This document shows, piece after piece, positions 26,420 to 32,000 of a DNA stretch of 32,000 nt. Under the pieces are notes generated by a model, which made no database searches, was not told where the DNA came from, and was given only the letters and a program-made list of their open reading frames with translations. Position numbers and translations under genes: made by a program. The stretch lies in the NCBI GenBank assembly GCA_964354495.1, contig CAYHAA010000005.1, positions 152,663 to 184,662 on the forward strand. The letters run 5' to 3'. This DNA is from an uncultured archaeon (lineage in GTDB: Archaea > Asgardarchaeota > Thorarchaeia > Thorarchaeales > Thorarchaeaceae). Numbering within the stretch: position 1 is the stretch's first letter; each line of letters opens with the position of its first letter.

Positions 26420-27256
26420 ATGAAACGAAAGGAATATGCCACACCATTCCCGATGCTCCATGCTGCCAGCTTGCTTAGTCACAGATCGCGCATACGAAAA
26501 TTCCGAGAGGCGATAGGAAGGGTCGTCAAGACCAACGACCGCGTGATTGACCTTGGTACAGGAAGCGGTATCCTTGCCATCCTAGCTGCAAAACAAGGAG
26601 CAAGGGTCACAGCCATCGATGTAAACCAGGACTCATTGGCATATGCTAGAGAGGCGGCGAGACAGAATGGCGTCGCAGACAGAATTGAATTCGTGCATTC
26701 CCACTTTGCAGACTTCTCAATAGGCAAACGAGCAGACGTTGTTATTTGTGAGATGCTCTCTTCAATGATGCTCATTGAGCAGCAGGTATCCGCAAGTAGT
26801 TATGCAGTTGAACACCTCCTGAAGCCCTCGGGGCATATCATTCCAGAGGAAGTTCGCATATTCGTGGTCCCTGTTCAGAATGAGATTCAATGGAATAGGT
26901 TTCAGATCGATGATTTGTCTTTTCCGAGAGTGCCTCAAACAGTAGAACGGGGCCAGAGTGTGGACCTCGCGGACCTGCTGGAGCTCGCATGTTTTGACCT
27001 GACGATACCGAATCCCGCTGCGAAAGTAGACAGAACACTCGACTTTAGAATCGTACAGACCGGAATAGTGCATGGACTCGTTGGCATGTTCGAGTGTAGA
27101 CTGGACAGCGAAACGATTCTGACTATGGGCGACGGGTGGAGAGAACTATTCCTGCCACTGCCCAAACCTATTGGCATGAAAGCAGGACAGACTCTCAGCG
27201 TAAGAGTTGCATTCAGACCTGGTCAATACGACTCACTATTGCTGCAGACTCACTAG
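26420..27256 (+). CDS. SAM-dependent methyltransferase, PRMT-like (archaeal COG4076-like)
   Basis: Motif I VIDLGTGSG, ADVVICEMLSSMMLIE (E-x8-E), LLKPSGHIIP, and a C-terminal beta-barrel-like region HGLVGMFEC...DGWRELFLPL. Confidence 0.8.
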   Translation: MKRKEYATPFPMLHAASLLSHRSRIRKFREAIGRVVKTNDRVIDLGTGSGILAILAAKQGARVTAIDVNQDSLAYAREAARQNGVADRIEFVHSHFADFSIGKRADVVICEMLSSMMLIEQQVSASSYAVEHLLKPSGHIIPEEVRIFVVPVQNEIQWNRFQIDDLSFPRVPQTVERGQSVDLADLLELACFDLTIPNPAAKVDRTLDFRIVQTGIVHGLVGMFECRLDSETILTMGDGWRELFLPLPKPIGMKAGQTLSVRVAFRPGQYDSLLLQTH

Positions 27257-27258
27257 AT

Positions 27259-27573
27259 CTATCCTGTCGCTTTGCGTTCCATCGGTTGAGACCTGTCTAG
27301 CTCAAAGACTACTGGGTTCTTGGAGTCAGGACATGCATGAAGTTCCTTGCACTGGTCCTGCAACCAAGGGAAGTAAGCATTGTGCATCATTGCATAGACA
27401 ACTGGAAGCATTGTGAAGAGCGCATTGATGCAAATGTCGCCTCTAACACCATAATAGTCAAACTCAATGACATCGCCGACCTTGTGACCAAGTGGGCAAT
27501 GGCCCTGCTGACTTATGACACGTGCTGTAACCTTACGCGGTTCCTTTCCGATACACTTCTCTTTGTGTGCCAT
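27259..27573 (-). CDS. TIGR04076 family protein
   Basis: GHCPLGHKVGD...CINAL...FPW...CPDSKNPVVFEL. Confidence 0.85.
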   Translation of the reverse strand: MAHKEKCIGKEPRKVTARVISQQGHCPLGHKVGDVIEFDYYGVRGDICINALFTMLPVVYAMMHNAYFPWLQDQCKELHACPDSKNPVVFELDRSQPMERKATG

Positions 27574-27688
27574 CTGAATCGTTTCTTGATGTAGACAGGA
27601 GCCATATTACTGTTTTTGAAGCATGGTATACAGAAAGAGTCACACTTTTATCGAAGTCTTTCAGAATTGGATACGGTGGCAAATAACT

Positions 27689-28354
27689 ATGGAGCTGAAA
27701 GGTCCACTCTGTTATGTGCTTGATTTTGATGATATCTATGACTATGCATACCAGACCGCCATAAGGGTGAAGGCGTCAGAATGGAAACCTGATGTCATTG
27801 TCGGAATTGCCAGAGGTGGCTGGGTTCATGCAAGAATCGCTTGTGATCTCCTAGGGGTCAAGGATCTCTATTCGGTAAAGATTGATCACTGGGGAGTCAC
27901 GGCAACAAAAGATGGAAGAGCAAAACTGACCTGCCCTCTGACTGTAGATGTCGCTGGAAAAAGGGTTCTTGTCGTTGATGACATCACAGATACAGGAGAG
28001 AGCCTTACGATGGCAGTCAATCACGTCAAGGAGTGTGGACCACGTGAGGTGAAGAGTGCAACGCTCATGCATATTGCAGGCTCCAAGTTCGTGCCGGACT
28101 ATTTCGGCGTTGAGGTCACCTGGGCATGGGAAATATGGCCATGGAACTTCTATGAAGACCTATCTTCACTCATTATGAAGATCTTCGAGGGAGAGAAGGT
28201 GAACGAGATGAGCACTCTGGAACTGAAGAAGCATCTCAGAGAATACAATAACATTGTGCTCTCTGATGATCAGCTCTCCAAGATCAAGGCGCATATGGGA
28301 TACCTCGACAAAATTGTTTATCCGCTTGACAAAGCCTGGAGAAAGAAGAAGTGA
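27689..28354 (+). CDS. Purine phosphoribosyltransferase (archaeal HGPRT-like, COG2236)
   Basis: IVGIARGGW and PRPP-binding motif VLVVDDITDTGES. Likely start MELKG at 27689 (ORF track 27623). Confidence 0.88.
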   Translation: MELKGPLCYVLDFDDIYDYAYQTAIRVKASEWKPDVIVGIARGGWVHARIACDLLGVKDLYSVKIDHWGVTATKDGRAKLTCPLTVDVAGKRVLVVDDITDTGESLTMAVNHVKECGPREVKSATLMHIAGSKFVPDYFGVEVTWAWEIWPWNFYEDLSSLIMKIFEGEKVNEMSTLELKKHLREYNNIVLSDDQLSKIKAHMGYLDKIVYPLDKAWRKKK

Positions 28355-28366
28355 GGATGAGTAACA

Positions 28367-29227
28367 ATGGCGCTCGAAGTTAAGCTATCTGCTGTACCAG
28401 TAGACAGAAGCAAATCTAAGGCAATGCAAGACCTTCTTCCAATTGAAATAGGTATGTTCGGTGGGAGTGGCAACTACGATTCCAAAGTCATAGAAGACCC
28501 AATAGAAGTGAAAGTCTATACACCCTACGGAGCGCCATCAGACAACTTCGTTCTTGGAACTGTGAAGGGGCGCACTTTTGCATTCCTAGCAAGGCACGGC
28601 CGTACACATACGATTCCGCCTCATGCTATCAACTACAGAGCGAACATCTGGGGAATGAAAGCCCTTGGTGTCAAGAGGATACTGAGCCCTGCGGCAGCAG
28701 GAAGCCTCCAGCCAAACAAGGTCAAACTGGGTGAGTTCGTCATCGCAGACCAGCTCTTCGATAGAACTTTCGGAGTCAGGAAAGACACATTCTTCGAAGG
28801 AGGGACAATTGCACATCTTACCTTTGCAGAGCCATTCTGTCCTGAGTTGAGGAGGATTGCGGCTGAGACTGCAAACGAGATAGGGTTCAAGATTCATGAC
28901 AGAGGAACATATGTCTGCATCAATGGTCCGAGATTTTCAACCAGAGCTGAGTCAATGTTCTTCCATAATCAGGGCTGGGATGTTATTGGAATGACGGCAT
29001 ACCCTGAAGCGGCGCTTGCCCGCGAGGTAGGTATCTGCTTCGTGAACATCTCCATGCCAACAGACTACGATGTCCATGGGGATGAAGTTGTCACGCACGA
29101 ACTTGTCCTCAAGACCATGGCAAAGAATGTAGAGCGTGTAAGGAAGCTGACCTTCGAGATGATTGCCCGAATTCCGAAGGACGCCGGATGTGACTGTCAG
29201 ACGGCTATGAAGAATGGTGTCTTCTAG
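28367..29227 (+). CDS. mtnP: S-methyl-5'-thioadenosine phosphorylase
   Basis: GGSG, RHGRTHTIPPHAINYRANIW, GPRFSTRAES, GMT..PEA.LARE, TDYD. Confidence 0.9.
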   Translation: MALEVKLSAVPVDRSKSKAMQDLLPIEIGMFGGSGNYDSKVIEDPIEVKVYTPYGAPSDNFVLGTVKGRTFAFLARHGRTHTIPPHAINYRANIWGMKALGVKRILSPAAAGSLQPNKVKLGEFVIADQLFDRTFGVRKDTFFEGGTIAHLTFAEPFCPELRRIAAETANEIGFKIHDRGTYVCINGPRFSTRAESMFFHNQGWDVIGMTAYPEAALAREVGICFVNISMPTDYDVHGDEVVTHELVLKTMAKNVERVRKLTFEMIARIPKDAGCDCQTAMKNGVF

Positions 29228-29282
29228 GAAACCGAAGAAGTCAAAGCATGAATTGACACACTCTGAAATGGTGTCTTCATCT

Positions 29283-30080
29283 ATGCGAATTGCAGTTGGC
29301 CAGATGGCTCCTTTGATTGCCAATGTGAAAGAGAATTTGGTTAGAGTGAGGAGCATCCTTCGGGAAGCAGAGAAGGCAGATGTCGATGTTCTCGTATTGC
29401 CAGAACTCTGCAACTCTGGATATGCATTCAAGAGCATCAGTGAACTGAGTTCTACAGCGGAATGGATACCCGAGGGCCCCATGTCGCAGGAGTTACTATC
29501 CTGGTCAGTCGGAGGAAGACTAGTTGTTGCGGGAATCTGTGAAAGGGCCCCTGAAGGATTCTACAACTCAGCAGTGGTACTCGGTAGCGGTGAGCACATA
29601 GCGACGTACCACAAGATTCACCTCTTCCTGAATGAGATAGATTGGTTCCTACCAGGGGATGAAGAACCGCCAGTCATCGAGTATAGAAACTATCGATTTG
29701 GTGTCATGGTGTGCTTTGACTGGGCGTTTCCAGAGGTGGCACGGGTCCTCACGTTGCAGAGGGCTCAAGTCATCCTGCATCCAGCGAATGTTGTCCTGCC
29801 ATATTGCCAGGATGCCATGGTCACACGGTCAATTGAGAACCGTGTGTTCACAGCCACAGCGAACAGAACTGGAATCGAGAGAGGACTCACGTTTTCTGGC
29901 GCCTCACAGGTCACTGATGTGAAGGGCAACAGACTCACTCGAATGAGTCGCGACGAAACTGGTCTAACATGGGTCGATATAGACCCGAACTTGGCTGATG
30001 ACAAAGCAATCACAGAGAGAAACGATCTCCTAGCAGATAGACGCCCAAGTCTGTACAGAAGGCTCATTTCGGACGATTGA
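29283..30080 (+). CDS. Carbon-nitrogen hydrolase (nitrilase superfamily amidase)
   Basis: Glu-Lys-Cys triad in LPEL, YHKIHL and VCFDWAFPE. Likely start MRIAVGQ at 29283 (ORF track 29214). Confidence 0.9.
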   Translation: MRIAVGQMAPLIANVKENLVRVRSILREAEKADVDVLVLPELCNSGYAFKSISELSSTAEWIPEGPMSQELLSWSVGGRLVVAGICERAPEGFYNSAVVLGSGEHIATYHKIHLFLNEIDWFLPGDEEPPVIEYRNYRFGVMVCFDWAFPEVARVLTLQRAQVILHPANVVLPYCQDAMVTRSIENRVFTATANRTGIERGLTFSGASQVTDVKGNRLTRMSRDETGLTWVDIDPNLADDKAITERNDLLADRRPSLYRRLISDD

Positions 30081-30444
30081 ATCTGCTTGGTGCGCGACCC
30101 TCCCAGTAACCAATTGGGTATTTCTCGCGATTCACTTTCATCTTCTCAATGACAGCTCGTGCGGGATCGATTCCTGCAGTGTCGGCAACTCTCAAGAGAT
30201 AGATTAGAACATCCGCGATTTCGGAGGCGAGGGCTCTGCGAAACTCATCATCCTTGAGAGCCTCATCCACATCAGCTTTAGTCTTCCACTGGAACAGCTC
30301 TAGCAGCTCGCCGGCTTCTATGGAAGTCGAGATTGCCAAGCTAAGGGGATGATTGTACTGCTCCCAATCCCTCTCAACGACAAACTCACGAATCATTTCT
30401 GAAAGCTCTGTAAGGGTGTCAGGCGTTTCTCCCACCAGATTCAC
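30064..30444 (-). CDS. MazG-like nucleotide pyrophosphohydrolase (dCTPase-like, COG1694)
   Basis: RDWEQYNHP..LA.S..IEAGELLELFQW...EIADVLIYLL...EKMKVNREKYP. Confidence 0.9.
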   Translation of the reverse strand: MNLVGETPDTLTELSEMIREFVVERDWEQYNHPLSLAISTSIEAGELLELFQWKTKADVDEALKDDEFRRALASEIADVLIYLLRVADTAGIDPARAVIEKMKVNREKYPIGYWEGRAPSRFNRPK

Positions 30445-30450
30445 TCCTTT

Positions 30451-31020
30451 CTAGCGTTGTTGTTTGCCGAAACTTCGCTGGACTAGCCATAGTGAGTATA
30501 GCGAGAAGATGACAAGCATAATCAGCAAGGATAGCAGAGGAGTCTCAATGCCAGCAAACAAGCCGGCTCCATAAATCATCCAGCTAGCAGTATCTAGTGT
30601 TCCAATTGCTCCACAGAGTAGGACTACAATCACGTTTGTCGGACCTGCCCATCGCAATCTCTGAGTTCCGGCCTTGGACCAGACCACCAAGGAGAAGACA
30701 ATCGCAACACCGACAAAGACAATGAGGAAGTAATCTCCTAGGATGAAGTAGTTCCAGACGGACCAGATTGCAGGCGGTGTTAGCAAGACAATACCCAACC
30801 CAATAAGCGTAAGGATGAAGACAACTCGCGGCCATGGATCCATAATCAACCCGGTGAGTCCTTCCCTGCCACGTTCAGAGAACACCTTTTCGATTTCTTC
30901 GTATTCTTCTTCATCGACTTCCTCGACTTCATCGTTCTCTTCGTCTTCATCGGGGAAAGCAGTGTTCTCTTCATCTTCACCAGAGTCATCTTCGAAGAAT
31001 GCCTTCTCGTCTCTCTTCAT
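30451..31020 (-). CDS. Four-TM membrane protein with a highly acidic N-terminal tail
   Basis: EDDSGEDEENTAFPDEDEENDEVEEVDEEEYEEIE followed by four hydrophobic helices. Confidence 0.8.
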   Translation of the reverse strand: MKRDEKAFFEDDSGEDEENTAFPDEDEENDEVEEVDEEEYEEIEKVFSERGREGLTGLIMDPWPRVVFILTLIGLGIVLLTPPAIWSVWNYFILGDYFLIVFVGVAIVFSLVVWSKAGTQRLRWAGPTNVIVVLLCGAIGTLDTASWMIYGAGLFAGIETPLLSLLIMLVIFSLYSLWLVQRSFGKQQR

Positions 31021-31156
31021 CCGGTTTTCCTCACAAATCGAGTGGATTGCTTGGGGAAAGGACCCGTTAAAATCCTTGTTGTCTGATAGAACTACTCTGT
31101 TCGTATCGCTTGCTGTAGATACTGGGAGTGTCCACCAGAAGAATGATTAAAACAAT

Positions 31157-31765
31157 ATGGTGAACACACAACATATGCCTCTCGACAAAAGCGGCCTGGA
31201 ACAGTGCATTAGCAGAGCAAGAAGCCTGCGTCAACAGGGAATGAACAAGAAAGCTGTAGAGATGTATCGACAGGCACTGCAGTTGGACCCGGACAATATA
31301 GATGTTCTGAATGAATTGGGGCTGACACACATACATATAGGCGAGCAGAGCGACGCCGGTGTGGCTTTCGATCTCGCCATCGATATAAATCCGAAGGACT
31401 ATAGAGGACACTCAAACAAGGCGGAGGCATTGATAACAATTGGCGCATTCGAAGAGGCAAATGCAGTTGCCGACGCAGGACTCAGACTTATTCCGAATAG
31501 CGCAGATCTCTGGGTCAAGAAAGCAAGAGCTCTTGAGAGCCTTCTCAGAATCCAAGATGCAGTGGATGCATACAACGAGGCTCTGAAATACAACTCAGAA
31601 GATCCTGTGATATGGAAGGCCCTCGCTTTGTGTTTGGATGCACAGGAAAACTGGTCAGCTGTCGCACGTGCATATAGAATAGCTGCAGGCCTGCATGAGA
31701 AACGGGCGGAGATGCAGGATGCAGAAAGTTGCCTGAAATTCGCACAGATGGCAGAACAATCCTAG
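31157..31765 (+). CDS. TPR-repeat protein
   Basis: Consecutive TPR units (AVEMYRQALQLDPDNIDVLNELG, LWVKKARALE...AVDAYNEAL). Alternative start at 31175. Confidence 0.88.
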   Translation: MVNTQHMPLDKSGLEQCISRARSLRQQGMNKKAVEMYRQALQLDPDNIDVLNELGLTHIHIGEQSDAGVAFDLAIDINPKDYRGHSNKAEALITIGAFEEANAVADAGLRLIPNSADLWVKKARALESLLRIQDAVDAYNEALKYNSEDPVIWKALALCLDAQENWSAVARAYRIAAGLHEKRAEMQDAESCLKFAQMAEQS

Positions 31766-31769
31766 TTCC

Positions 31770-31800
31770 AAAAAGAAGGGAGGGACCCCGTTTGAGCCCC
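31770..31800 (-). terminator. Putative hairpin plus U-tract terminator
   Basis: Minus strand GGGGCTC-aaacg-GGGTCCC, a 7-bp stem with two G-U pairs, followed by TCCCTTCTTTTT. Confidence 0.4.
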
Positions 31801-31830
31801 TTGAAAGAATCTCTGCATATCAACAGAGCA

Positions 31831-31998
31831 CTAGCGCCGCTTCTTTGCCAAGAAACCAACGATGACTGCAACGATGGCCAGAACGATGTATGGAGCAAGC
31901 TCGAGTATCAATTCCATGAGAGGATTCGCAGTAGTCGTTGTCGTTGTCGTTGTCGTTGTAGTTGTGGTGCTTGTAGTGATGGAACCGATCGAGTTTCT
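31831..31998 (-). CDS. Partial (enters from right edge) C-terminus of a surface protein: poly-Thr linker, TM anchor, basic tail
   Basis: Not in the ORF track. Translation RNSIGSITTSTTTTTTTTTTTTTANPLMELILELAPYIVLAIVAVIVGFLAKKRR-stop. Confidence 0.8.
   Translation of the reverse strand, partial: RNSIGSITTSTTTTTTTTTTTTTANPLMELILELAPYIVLAIVAVIVGFLAKKRR
31934..31957. repeat. Hexamer microsatellite (GTCGTT)x4 encoding poly-Thr
   Basis: Four perfect tandem GTCGTT units (ACAACG on the coding strand) within the Thr linker. Confidence 0.85.
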
Positions 31999-32000
31999 AA

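Noticed and set aside
8572-30080. Repeated 3' overlaps of convergent genes (8572-8575, 9208-9218, 19330-19333, 30064-30080) as an antisense control system
   Set aside because: Short convergent overlaps are ordinary in compact archaeal genomes, and nothing here indicates regulation.
190-31898. Numerous alternative-frame and antisense ORFs in the track (e.g. 190-483, 1148-1450, 13898-14227, 25942-26406, 28952-29482, 31545-31898)
   Set aside because: They overlap well-supported genes, lack recognisable motifs and look like shadow ORFs.
1-32000. CRISPR array, transposase, integrase, provirus, rRNA or tRNA genes
   Set aside because: No regularly spaced repeats, mobile-element motifs or RNA-gene signatures seen, and the intergenic gaps are too small for rRNA.

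Overview
Gene-dense archaeal chromosomal window with about 38 CDS, including two partial genes at the edges. I recognised no rRNA, tRNA, CRISPR array, transposase or integrase. The gene content is archaeal: EndoQ-family nuclease, COG3357 HTH/Zn-ribbon regulator, archaea-specific SF2 helicase (COG1202/DUF5814), RecJ/GAN-Cdc45-like DHH nuclease, DUF131 and an archaeal-type PRTase with MTAP. Eukaryote-like motifs and Thr-rich membrane-anchored surface proteins suggest an Asgard archaeon, possibly Thorarchaeia; this is inference, not a database result. The main leads are: (1) a coiled-coil protein whose C-terminus aligns by eye with the ESCRT-I Vps28 C-terminal domain, next to a small tail-anchored membrane protein; (2) a PRMT-like methyltransferase with an intact double-E loop that appears to share one bidirectional TATA box with a TPR/Zn-ribbon protein; (3) an EndoQ variant with an expanded Zn module, translationally coupled to a small OB-fold protein; (4) an orphan HerA/VirB4-like ATPase with a charged helical stalk; (5) a helicase-ending gene string of unknown proteins. 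There is also a TGTACA repeat array in a divergent promoter. All family assignments come from motif recognition by eye and need HMM or structure confirmation.
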